Made by a program: the position numbers and the translations under genes. Shown piece after piece: positions 49,101 through 62,300 of a stretch of 64,000 nucleotides of DNA; the first letter of the stretch is position 1; each line of letters begins with the position of its first letter. Below the pieces are notes generated by a model. That model did no database searches, was not told the origin of the DNA, and saw only the letters and a list, made by a program, of their open reading frames with translations. Source of the stretch: Guillardia theta CCMP2712 (Eukaryota; Protista; Cryptophyta); NCBI RefSeq assembly GCF_000315625.1, contig NW_005434509.1:1-64000 (forward strand), in the 5' to 3' direction.

Positions 49101-50344
49101 GAGTCTGGCACTGCGGCATGCTGGCCGGGCAATTGAGCAGCGGCCCGGCCCGGCTCTCAGTCCTTCCAAGTGACTGAACTGCCATCCGAAGTAAAGGCTG
49201 CGGCGCTGCCCGGCCCCGGCCCGGTGGCCCCGGGCCGCCCCGCCCGGCCGCCCCGGGCCCCGGCCCCGGCGCCGCCCGGCCCGGACTCTGGCCCCTCGGT
49301 CCTTGACGGCGCCCGGGGCCCGGCCGCTGTACCCACGCACCCAGTGATGTTTAACTTAACTTTGACTAAAAGCTCTACTGTACCGTTAGGTTTTTGGAGT
49401 TCAAAAATGCCCTCATATTTGCCAAGTAGTGGATACGTAGTACCGGTGGGGTCTTGTGGGCCAGGGTAGGGTGGGTAGTGGTAGACCATCGGATACCACA
49501 CGTGAGCCCATCAGACTATCAAGAACCGGGTTATTTATCATACGTGTTAGGATATCTGAGGGTGGGTGGTAGAATCCCTCAACCACCCTACCCTGCCCTT
49601 CATAAAGTAAATTAATTTTATAGAAAAGGGGGGTAGACGAAGTCACAGTCTTCAGGGCAGTCGTCCAACAGGGGTAGTGGTACCTCCCTCCCTTCAAGAA
49701 TCAGTGATTCCACAACCAGGGTACTAGTAATGAGGAGGTAGGGTCATTGGGGAAGGGGGTAGTCACGTTCAAGGTCGCCCTCTACCCTTTAGACATTTGC
49801 GGTAGGCGGATGCCACCTGCATGTCGATGTGGAGCGATTGGGGTGGGTGGTATTTTGGAGATGCGAGGGTGGGGTTATCTGAGGGGGGTAGGGATAGAGG
49901 GCGGCTATTGGTGTCTTAAAGAGGCTACCATTTGACCACCCCACCTTGGGAAATTAACAAAAGCTTGGAGATAGGCAGGGGTCCTATGAAGATGGATGAT
50001 TGCATGCTAACGGCTCTTTTCTAGGACCCTGCCGTAGAGATTCCTAGCATTGGACACCTCCTCTAAGACAAATTTCGTATGTAGCTATGGATTACTAGGA
50101 CCCTCTAAGCACCCGAGGCTCGACTGATGTAATTGCGGAATATTCGAAAGAGGTGGGCTATGTGCACCCAAGCTACACGAAGTATTTTAGATAATAAATA
50201 AATGATATCTAATTTTCACTCAATAAATTTTTTAAATTGGCTTCAGCGGGGGTTAAGGTGAGTGCTTTGCATCTTATGTCAAGGACCTGATCGTGCATCG
50301 GGGATTGCCCGTGAGTGGAGGTTCAGCCGAGGCGAGGAGGCAGC

Positions 50345-53300
50345 ATGCAGGCAGCAAGAGGAAGGCGCCGGCACAGGCCGCGCGCGATGCTCTTGTTCTT
50401 GGTGTTTGCCCTAGGTAAAGTGAGAAAAGCTTGGGTTGTCACTTACTGCTACTGCTCTCCTAGGTTTGGGGACAGCGTTGTCGTCTCAACCTGTCATACC
50501 TTTCAACTGTGACGACCCTCTAACGTGCTTCGATGGCTACCTGCATCCGCCATCCTACGTCACGGTCTGATCTCGCATTCCGATTGATCTTCTTTTCTTG
50601 ATCATTTTTCCAGTGTATCGCATTGGGTCCACCAAACTCAACCACAATCCAACAATCTGATCCCACAGCAGCGTCATACACTCAGTCCAAGGGACAAATC
50701 AACACTCTATCAGGACCGATCCCATTTCAGTTGTCTGCAGACAACATCTTCATTTGGTATCGCAAGGCTCTCAAATACCTTGGAGTGTGTATGGACTATC
50801 TTCACAGCACCACTGTCCCCAGGTATCTGGCTGTGAAGGGCCTGTTCTGTCACCTTGGTTGACCCCTTCTGCAGCATTAACGATCGAGTAAGCACCCTGG
50901 ATCTGTTGTGTGCTGCCTACGTCGATCCAGCTACTGGAAAGAACCTGTGCACTGCCCTTCAGCAGAAAGCTGTCTGTGGTGTGGATGACAGCAGAGGACT
51001 CCATTACGTTCTGGTTGAAGCGCTTTGGGCTTCAGACTCTTCCATCAAGACAAGTCTGAGCAAAATGCTCTGCGATGGTTCCTGCATCAGAGACATAATT
51101 GATGTCTACACACCCATCTTCCAGCAGTGGGGCTATTACGATGTATCAGTGGTTAACAAAATCGCTTCTTTGAACAGTTTGTGCAATGCAGATGTTCAGA
51201 TCGATGGTTACTTCTACGCAATGAGCTATGGTATGACAAGCCAAGTTCAGTGCAGCACCAACAACGTCACTCTTGCCTTCACTACATCCGTCACTCTACC
51301 AAAAGATTCGGTGTTGACCATCGTGGGAATCAACTCACCAATGTAAGTCAACACTTCATGGTTGGTTCAAACTCTAATGCATTGCTTTTTTTTCGCAGCG
51401 TTGGTGGATTATCTAAAGTGACTGAGGCTTCTAATCTGTTATCAGCTCGGAATGTGATAGATGCAAAATGCCAGGATTGGTGCAGCAGTTTTGGTCTATG
51501 TCCAACAGACGGGAATGCTGCAGGCATTGGTTGCATCTCATGGAATTCGAATGCATCGGTAGGAATGCTCACAAATGAGCGATGTGCTAGATGGTGTGAT
51601 GTACCTTCCGAGTTAACGCTGAATGTGAAATCAAACATTGCACAGGGAACAAATCTGGTGATAACGATTCCCGTCAGGAACTCTCCTTACAAAATGCGTT
51701 CTTCTGTAGCGAAAGCGTCACTTGTTGCCTCTGGTGTTTTTATTCCAATCGCAAATTTCTCTTTTCCGGACAACTTCATGAGCAAGTTCATGCCTGAATT
51801 TACAGAATTTGCTGTTGCTGAATCCCAGTGCAATGCTGCAGTTTATGACCCTGCAACCAAGACTTGGACTGGCAACTGCGTTGGAATGAAAAACATCGTT
51901 TCGATTTCCTTCAAGTCAAATATTGACCTTGAGCCAGGAACCACGCTTACCATTCAGGGATTAGTTCGTTCCTCGACAGTTGCTTTGAATCCACCTACTT
52001 TTGTGGGTGTCACGCCAGTTGCAGTAGCGCTTTCGATTGAAGATTGGATTGTATCGACGGGCACAGTCATTCTCAAGATTGCTGGGGGATCGTCAACGTC
52101 AATGAAGGCGAATGTCCTACAGACTGTACAGCTTGCGTTTGATATGCCAACCAAACCAAGCTCAGATTCCACCGTACTCACCTTGAGTGCATCCAACATC
52201 GCAGGAATTGAAGCCTGCTCTTCCCTATCTACGACAATCCCAGCTACAATTCTGCAGTCGCAGGTTTTGACAACAACGCCGAAGATAGTTCTTGCCGAGC
52301 TTACTCAGAGTGACTGCAACCCTGCTTCCTGTGCATCGTTCGTCTTTTCTTTTGCAGTTAACTCTGAGATCACATACTTGAACAACCAATCCATCTACTC
52401 CTTCTACCTGGATGGCTTTAATGGATTCACTGGACCCTGCACATCACCATCTTGTGGATCTGCCTTGAATGTGATTACCCTGCTTGATGGAGTGTCAGGT
52501 CAGCTTGCTCACTTGCAAACTAATGGTACTAATGTCTGGTGCAGGTTCTAATGACAAATACTTGTTCGAACGCGTGTCATCGTCTGCACGCGCAGAAGCT
52601 GATTTTGATGCAGCCAATGGAACACTGCAGATGCATTTGTCGCGAGATGCGGTTTTGAAGCCTTACACTGTTTACTCTGTCAAATTCAATCTCAAGTCTG
52701 AATATCGTAATGTCACCAGCAAGTTCTATGTAGAGGGCTTCTCCCAGTCGCACTCATACAGTCACTTGCCACAGGACTGTCTTTCAACCTCTCCTGATTG
52801 CACTGGAATGCAAATTGTTACCAAGATTTTGAGCACTGCCTCGAATCAGCGCATGGGAGTTTGCGGACCTGAACTCGTGGCTCGTACCATCAAACAATCT
52901 TACCCATGGCCAGGTTGTGGAGGGCCAACGTCGTACACGCAATATACACTCAGCGATAGTGAGTATGTCCCGTCTGCTTTCAGAGCACAAGAGAAAAATC
53001 TGAACAACACACACAACACTTTCACTCTCAGCTTCACTCCAAATGTGGATGTCCCATCTTCTGCAATGGTCACTTTGTACAACTTGCAAGGCATAGTACG
53101 TATCTCGAATGACGTGGTGGGACTCTACCGTCAGATCAATGAAAACACTACTCGTTTCGAACCCTTGAACTCTGTCATCAACAGTACTCAAAGGGATGTT
53201 GTATTTATGCTGATTAACAACGTCACTGCCAACACTGAGCACACTATAGTGTTTCAGGTCACGAATGATGTAATCCAGTCCACTCCAAGCCCAATTTCAA

Positions 53301-56300
53301 TCAGCATAGCATGGAAAGTTGATGGTAAAAATATCATGATACCTAAAGTAGTTCTGAAGGATGCTGTTGTGTCTGCCAGCGACTTCGTTACTGTTGCAGA
53401 CCTTGTGGCTTCCAGAGTCAATGCCCCGGCATGGATCATTCGCAAGATCAAGCAAAGCACGCCGTTCCCGAACACCAACAATACCATCTCAGTGGAGCTG
53501 GCTGCTAACGTGGAGTTTCGCCAGGGAGCCAAAATCACGCTTAGGGGCCTGGTAGGAAGTCAGACTGCATCTACAACTCAGCTGATGATAACGAGTACTG
53601 GCGTCGCTCTCAACCAATACGCTACCTGGGACAAGGATACAGGAAAAATTGTTGTAACTCTTGCGGGGCCATATGACCCTTATGCGTCAAACTCAAACAA
53701 AATCATGTTCTCCTTCACCATTTTGAACCCTTGCTCCTGTCATATGAGCCAGGACATCTACGTCGACGTAAACGACAATGCTTTCGCCGTCACTGCCTCG
53801 TACGCTTGCCAAGTTGTCAACTACACGGAATCAGTTGTCACAAACTGGACTGAGACATACTACCTTGATGGAACCTGCAAGAATACCCGTGAAATGTCGA
53901 ATGTCACCAACTACACAATGACCAAGAATGGATCTTGCACTTGGACAGCCCAGGCTTCTGGAAATGACTGCTCGCTGCCCCCAGAAGCCATGATGGTTCT
54001 CGCAACTGTGTCCCCCAGCTGCAAGAAGTGTCCTCCTGCGGATTGCACCGACTGCGCCAAGTGCAATGTTTGCGGCGATTGCAAGACAGACTGTGTCAAC
54101 AACGATTACTTCCCTCTTCAGGTTCACAAACCTGCTTTCTTGACCAAAGAGGTCTACCAGTCTTCCAGCGTTCCAGGAGCGGACAATGAAATCACCGTCA
54201 TCTTCTCAACAAACCTTGACCTGCCGTCCACAGCTAAGGTGGAGGTCTCCGGGTTTGCAGGAGCCATTTGGAAGTCCTCAGCAACTCCAAGTGCCTTGAC
54301 AACTGTGAGCGGAGTTGTTCCATCGGACAAGACTGACAAGACCAACTACACTTTGGGCTCTTTGAATTTGAGCACAGTGACCTGGGACGACAAGACACAG
54401 ACCGCGACCCTCGCTCTCTCTGACGGCACGTCAGCATCAACTCTCTATGCGTTCAAGTTCACTGTGACGAACCCAAGTGTTGCGCAGCGAGCCCCTGAGT
54501 TGCAGATCTGGGCTACCAATGTGTGCAACTGCCAAGGAACCACAGGAATCGACAAATGCTGTGTGATGTATGATTCGAAAGATACTGCCATGCAACCTAT
54601 GGCCGTTGATTATCCCAAGTTCGAGGGCATGTCGATGTCGCAATCGTCACCTCACATCTCTGCCCTCAACACCCTCACCCTCCAATTCAAAGTTAACATG
54701 GCCTTGTCCTATCCCAACAAGATCACCGTTGCTGGTCTTCTGGGCAGCACAACCCCCAAGAATTCTGCGATCAAGATCACTGTCATTACCGGGGGGGCTG
54801 TAATTGACGATTATGGATCTTGGGATCCTGAAACTGGGCATCTGATCCTTTCGTTGGGTGAAAACCAGAAGTTGGCCGCGAATTCTTCGTGCAAAGTTTC
54901 GTTTGAGTTGCAAAACCCTCCGTATGAGCAGAATTCTCCCACCATCGTTATCTCAAGCAAAGGATTCCTTCCACAGGTTGTTGACGCGGGCACAGTCCAG
55001 GACAGCAAGCCCCTGTTCGTTAAGAGACCGGAAATCAAGGCAACGGTTGTGCAGAGCACCACTGAACCTGGCGCTCTGAACACAATCACGGTCACTTTGA
55101 ACTCTAACACTCCCATCCGTCCTTCGACCAGATGCAGTTTCCAGACTGGACTTGACTGTCAAAGACAATCTAGATTCATCATCAGGGGCTTGAACGGTGC
55201 AAAAGCGCAGGATGGCCCCCTTGCGATTTACTCGAACAGCAGCTCTACTATGTTGCTCAAGTCTTCCCCCCAGGGAGTTCCTGGCACTGGCATGTGGAAC
55301 TCGACCAATTTCTCGCTCACCTTGTATGTGGTTGGCACTCTGAGTGCTGATGAGAATCATGTCTTCTCCTTCAAGGTGCACAACCCTAACCTCGGACAAA
55401 CTTGCTCACCCACGGAAATCCTGGCTGAATACTTGGAGTTCGAGATCGAGGGCTGCACTTTGGACATCGATACGAACCAGAGGTACTATGTTGTTCCCTC
55501 ATACGTCCCCTGCACTTCTGGAGTTGGCAATGCCTGCGCCATCACAGTTGTTCCGCCTAAATTCACCGTGAGCTCGATCGCCGACTGCTCTGATGTTGTG
55601 GGTGCAATCAACACTGTCACCATGTACATCGCAGCGAATGTGCCTTTCAAGAGTGGTGACATGCTCGAGATTGAGGGGCTGCAGAACTTCGTTATGAAGG
55701 ACGTCGTCGCTTTGACAGGAAAGGATGCTGCTTTCTTTTCTGGGATCGCACGTTTTGATCTCTTCAACAAGATTCTCCACCTTGAGTTCGGTTCTGGAGC
55801 CGATGTATCTGCTGGTCAAATTTTGACTGTCGAAATGCAGCTGCAGAACTCCAAGATCCCTCGCTTTGGAAGTGAGCTCTACATCTGGCTGCGAGGCAAT
55901 AACTTCGTAATTCCCCGAACAAAGATGTCTGGCCAGGTTCTGGCTTCCAGATTCAACGCTTCGTTCGAAACTGCCATGGTTTCAGAGTCTATGTCTGTGC
56001 AAGGATCTTGGAACATCATCTCCGTCTTGTTGAAGACAAACACGTACCTCCGCCCTGGAACTCAGATTGTCATCTCTGGATTCGCCAGCACACATTTCTC
56101 GAAGTTCATGATTCCTTCATCTTCTGTACGAGGAGACGAAGGTTTTTATGGTGCTGGCTCAATCAACCTTGGTACCAACGGCCAGTTCCTCGCTAATGCC
56201 AGCTGGGATGCTTCTACCGGTACCATCACTGGTCACATTCACTCTACATGGCATGCACACTCATCACGACTCATCGCGTTCCCAGTGCTGAACAATCGTG

Positions 56301-59300
56301 CTCCTAACAGTGCCCAACTGAATGTCCTTGTTTCAGCACGGTGCCCTGCGATGCCCATCGCAGGTTCCACGATGTCCGCTTGTCCTCCAGGGAGCATTGT
56401 CATCCCCCCGACCCCTGTGAGTGGAGGTGATACGATCTTGCACTCTGATATCAAGGCAGACTTCCCTGTCAGGATGATTGGTCAGAGCAACCCTTATCCC
56501 GGCGAAGTCAACGTCATCACACTTACTCTCTCTAGCAACTTCGAGTTCCGTGCCAACTCCGGTCAGAACCTCATGTTGACTTTGTATGGACTTGTTGGGC
56601 TGCCAAACGTCACCAGCTCTATCTGCCTGAAAGCGAAAGCTTCCAACACTTACTACGACCAGGCCATGAGCTCTGGTGACTTGCCATTTGCGGGAGCTTG
56701 CATGAACTGCGCCTGCAACACTAGCGATTGCAACGCCTTTTTCAAGGTAGCAACCTTGAGTGATCCATACGTCAGCATGTACATCAGTGGCGACATGCAG
56801 GCAGGACGCAAATATGTCTTCTCATTTGAGATCAAGAACCCGTCCCAGCAGCAATCATCTCCATTAAACATCAACCTCAGGCTGAATTGGAATGACGTGA
56901 CTGCTTTCAATGTCCCTATGCAGAAAGATATGTACGGCATTCCTACAGGTGTAGTGGATGCGGCAGTTGGAGACTCTGCTCCTCTCTTCATCAGGTCGAG
57001 CATCTTTTCTAGCATGTACATCTACCAATCGAACTCGAACCCTTGCGCGAAGAACAAGATCTGCGCCAGGATCAAACCGTCTGTCCCCCTGTCAGCTGAG
57101 GCCGGCCACGTCATCATCATGTCAAATTTCGTCAATGCTGTTGTGACCGGAACAGATGTTGCCATCGAGGTCCCCTCGACCTCTTACTCAACGCAACTCT
57201 TCCAGACTGCGTCAGGAGCTATCAACTACGGAACTTGGAGTGATAGCAGCAAGTCTCTCACTTTGAATCTCTATTGCAGGCTAGAGCCCGGACAAAATTA
57301 TGACTTCTGCTTCACCGTGCAGAATCCGGATCTGTATCAACCTGCTGCGATTGTGAACATCAAAGCAAAGCAAGATGGTACCAATGTTGCCATGCCCAAC
57401 AAGACAGCTGTCAACTTTGATGTGAAAACGGCACCCATGTTCGTTACCAAGGGGGAATTCTCAACCTTCACCGTCTCCCAGTCTTCGAGAAAACCTTGTG
57501 ATACCAATGATATCACGATCTCGTTCACCATCAACATCGACATCGTGTGTGATCCTGAAATCACCATCTCTGGTCTTGATGGTACCAGCCTAGCCTCGAA
57601 TCTGACGCTGGATGACACCTTGAGTGCTGTTACGATGCTAAACGAGGGAAGCTTCAAGTTCTATTGGCCGGGTAACGTCACCCAAGGAAGTCACACGGTC
57701 AAGTTCACGATCAAGAACGACAATGTGGCAAGGACTCACTCGGTGCAGATGAACATCGCTAGATTTCAGATGATTTCTCGAACATCCGATTTCACCGTTG
57801 ATGCTCCTGCCATTAGTGGCTATTCACTCACCCAGCAGACGCAGTGGCCTGGGGTTCAGACGGCAGTTAACGTCAAGTTCCAGATTAATGCCGGAAGTTA
57901 CTCGAAGGCAAACGATGCAGCCATTACTTTGAGAGGATTGCCTGCATCTTGGTTCGGTGCTTTCACCATTGGCGCAAGGAACAAGGGAATCGAGTGTGTC
58001 ATCCCTCCTTTCCCGAATGTCAGCACGACTGCTTCTGTGAACAACACAAACAGCTCCAACAGCACGGGAAGCTCCAACAGCACGAATAGCTCGCTAAGCT
58101 CGAGCACGGCAGCCAACACAAGCAACATCTCTGATACCTACATTCTCTTTACGAATCAGATGGCTTCTGCTCGATTCTCAAACGTCAATGCAAACAATGC
58201 AGATCATTTGGTTTGCGTCAGGTACTCGCATGACGACAACACTTGGCAGTACTACGGTAAGAGTGCATGGCATGCTTTCAGTACTACAAGTACAGATGTA
58301 CAATTCCTTGCCTTCATGGTGAATCCGGGGGGCAATGCATCAGCTTTATCGAGCAGTGAAAGCATTATGGGCATTGATGCAGGAATTGAGAGCACTTCTT
58401 CCGATGTGAGGATTGGACCCCTTGTGCAAGGATCTGCCTTGAGCAGGTGTGCCAACCCACTTCAACTACAGGTGGAGGGCGATTTCTTGAAGCCTTCCGT
58501 CTTCCGCTTGAAGGCATCGTCATCCACTTTTGACGCGTCAGCAACGACTAATTCCATCGTCCTTCGTCCCGGACAGACAGCATTGCAGATGATGACGGAC
58601 ATCACTGTTGACTTTTACGTCACGAACCCGACGACGGGATCTTCCACAGTCAGGGCAGTCGGAACCAGCACCTGCGCCAACTTGCCCTCGGTTGATGTTG
58701 GAATGTTGCAGGTAGTCTCTGCAGCTGTGTTGTCTGCCAAGGCTGTCCAAAGCTCGCCCTTCCCTTGCAGCGTCAACACGATTTCAGTATTGTTTTCCAC
58801 CAACTTTCATGTGAACGGTGCAAGCACAGGCAACTACGTTACATTGTCAAGTTCGATTTTCAGTGCCTTGTCAACGCAACAGCAAACCTACAAACTGATT
58901 GAATCGGAGGATGAAAGCAATCTGTTGCATTATGTTGTTGGGCCCTCGGTCACTTTTACACCAAGCAACAATCAGTTCCAGCTGAAGGTGGCCTCAGGAT
59001 ACAACCTGATTGCAGGTAAAGAATATCAGTTCGCCTTCAATGTGAGGAATCCCAACTCGACCGTTACCGGAGGTTTCTCGAACTTTGAGATGATGAGTCC
59101 ACCGCAGTTGGAAGTTTACAACAGTGCTGCCCTCAGAGCTTCTCAGTCGAACCTGGAAAGCAAGGGAAACCTGGGATTGTGTGGAAGTACCACTGCTAAT
59201 GACAGTATTCCCCTCTACATCTACAGACCTGTCATCTCATCTGCTTCTATCGCTCAGGACAACAACGAGCATTGCACTCGCACCACTATGAATGTTTCCT

Positions 59301-62300
59301 TCCGTGTTAATGTGCCCATCTGCTCAACTGGCTGCCAGACTGCCTTGACTATTTCTGGATTCACGGGAGGATACGTCGATGGGGTCACCACTGACACAGT
59401 TGTTGACTTGGCTTCTACCAACAGCGATGACAAGAATCTGTTTGCTGCTAGAGTGAAGGGCGACAAGGGCAAGGGTCTGTGGATGCCCAGCACTCAGACG
59501 CTGAAGCTTTATCTGACATGCTGCCTTGAGTGCAACAAGGACATCGCGTTCTCCTTCGACCTGTGGAACCCGTCACAGTGCGCTCAAGCGGCGCAGACCA
59601 TCAGCATCGGAACTGTCGACACTGGATACAACAATGTTCAGACAGCCTCCAAGCAGATGACATCAACGAACATCCTCAAGGTGGATCAGCCGGTGTTCTT
59701 GCACGCTTCTGTGCAATCTTCGAGCTCTACTCCATGCGAACTGAGCAACTACACTGTGAAATTCTCTAGCAACGTCAAGATTCCCGTGAACACCTACATC
59801 ACACTCACAGGATTTGCTGATGGCAGACTGAGATTCTTGGATGTGAATGCTACTGGCAACGAGTCATCTACCTGCACCAGCCGAGTTCCCCTCACCGTGG
59901 TTGTGATCAACAATGCCACAGACGCGAAACAGACTACCTCGCTTGAGGGTCACTGGAATGCTTCTACCGGACTCATCACCTTCAGATTGCCTCAGCAGCT
60001 CACCACGGACAATCGCCTTGAAGTAGAATTTCAACTCTACAACCCTGCGTCATCGTCCAACGGTTTCACCTCTACTGTGAAGGCAATGATTTGCAACACT
60101 TGCCAGTTCACAGAGGCTACATTGGGGACGGTGCTGCAGGTCAGCAGCATCTCCTTCACTACCAGGGAGATCTGGCAGAGCTCACCTTGGCCTTGCTGTG
60201 ACAACAACCAGATCACTGTCTCGTTGGTGTCCAATGTCGCTTTGCTGGCCTCATGCTCCCCCAAACTCACCATCTCTGGTCTCAACAGCGCCATCGTGAA
60301 TGCCACATCGATCAACGTCACAGACCTTGTTTATGGCTCCATGTATGAAGCATCTTGGAATGACGGAACTATGGTTGTTATGTTGAAGGACTACATGGGC
60401 TCGTCCAGTTCTGATGCAAAGGCTTCTTCCTTTAACTTCCGCTTCACTGTGAAGAACCCCAGCATCGCTCCAGCTCTCCCAACCATCACCTTCAATGGCG
60501 AGATTCGTAACCAAGTGTGCATGTTGTCGAAGCTCAAGAACGAAACATCAAGCTTCGATGGCACTTTCCAGGCGCCGATGTCATGTGGCTCAAGGTGTTC
60601 ATGGAGTCAGGACACATGCAGTGACGCATGCTACACTACAAATTGCAGCAGTGTTACCGTTGTCAAGTCAACCGTCACGTCGGTACAGAAGAACTATTCG
60701 CAGTGCGTGTACAACGAGACGACCAAGTTGAACAATTCCAAAGTGTTCTACTACACAGAGAACATCACTTCGTACTACAATGAGACCACTCAGAAGTGTG
60801 ACAACCGATCCGATGTGACGGACAAGTCTCTGACCGACCTCAGGGTTATGAGCATCCGATCTATGCAAATCAAGCATCAACAGATCTATCAGGACAACAA
60901 CATCCCTTGCAGCCCCTTTGACGTCACGATCAAGTTCATGACCACCGCTCCCTTGTTCTCTTCATGCCAACCTGAGATTGTGTTTACTGGACTCGTGGGT
61001 TCAGTTCCAAATGTATCTGTCTTCACCTCCGTCACTTCCGGCTTCACGTTTGGGTCGTTCAATCACCAGACTGGAGATCTTAAGGTCTCAGTTAGCAGCA
61101 CTCTGAAGCCGGGTTGTAACCACACGATCAAGTTGGGGCTTCTGCACTGTGCAGCATCCTCAGATGGAATTGCACAATCAGACATCAGGATCTCACACCC
61201 GAATGTCAAGGATGGATTGCAAGTCTCGACTCCAATCAGCCTAACAAGCTTGACGAGTGTGAGCAAACCGATGGCTGTCAGGACTCTTTCTCTCTTTGGT
61301 TATGCAGGACAGAGCAGCAGAACTCCATGCGGAAGCAACACAATTTATGTCGATGTAAGCAGCGACATCCGAGTGTTCAACTCTTGTATCCCTTACTTGC
61401 ACTTGAGCGGTTTTGCTGGTCTTCCTACCCAGACTGGCAGCGTGTCGCTTTCTGCGTCATCCACCCACACCCTCGTGTCCAACGCAGCCACTGGAACCTG
61501 GACTAACGGCAACGTGCTAGTGATTGACCTCCGCCCGTTGATGAATGAGACATATGGTGGATATGCATACGGCCATAACTTCAGCATGTCCTTCACGATC
61601 ACGAACCCATCTTGCGGACAGCCTGGCAACGAGCTTTCAGTAAAGATCAAGAGCAACCAGAGCGAAGTGATCCCTTGCCTGTACCTTGAGAGTGCGCTAT
61701 ATGACTTGATGAATGTGCCATGGGGACACGATTGGCGATCGCAGTTGACGGGTAAAGTGAACATGTCCGCGGACTCACCTTTGGCTATCGACTCTGTAGG
61801 GTACAAGATGAACACGACGATCTACCAGAGCTCTCCTTATCCCTGCGATCAGAACAAGATCACTGTGAAGCTTGAGCCCAACATCACTCTCTCTCAAGCC
61901 TGTGAACCTTTGGTGACCATCCATGGCTTTGACTCAGTTCTTGCCCCAGGCACCATCCAAATTGAGTCTGACAGCACAGTGTTCAATTCAACCGCGGTTG
62001 TGACATCTGCCAATGACCTCGTTGTAAAGATTGTCCAAGATGCATCGGGAAATGCCGTGCATCAGTTTTCTTTCAACATCACCAATCCCAGCCAGCGTTC
62101 TGAATCGAGCAGAGATGCTCCGTTCTCGCTCATGACTACCCTGAAAGGATCTTGCAGCAGGAGCTACATGCTTATTCCATCTGCTCCTCTCTCAGATTCT
62201 TGTTACTCTAACCAGAAGGAATACTGGCCGATGAACCTGAGAGGTCTTGCTTTCGTTACTAAGAACATCGGACAGAGCAACCCTCATCGAAATTGCCACA

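Noticed and set aside
48917-49501. Gly/Pro/Ala/Arg-rich ORFs on both strands
   Set aside because: They are a by-product of the extremely GC-rich CCGG tract and carry no domain signal.
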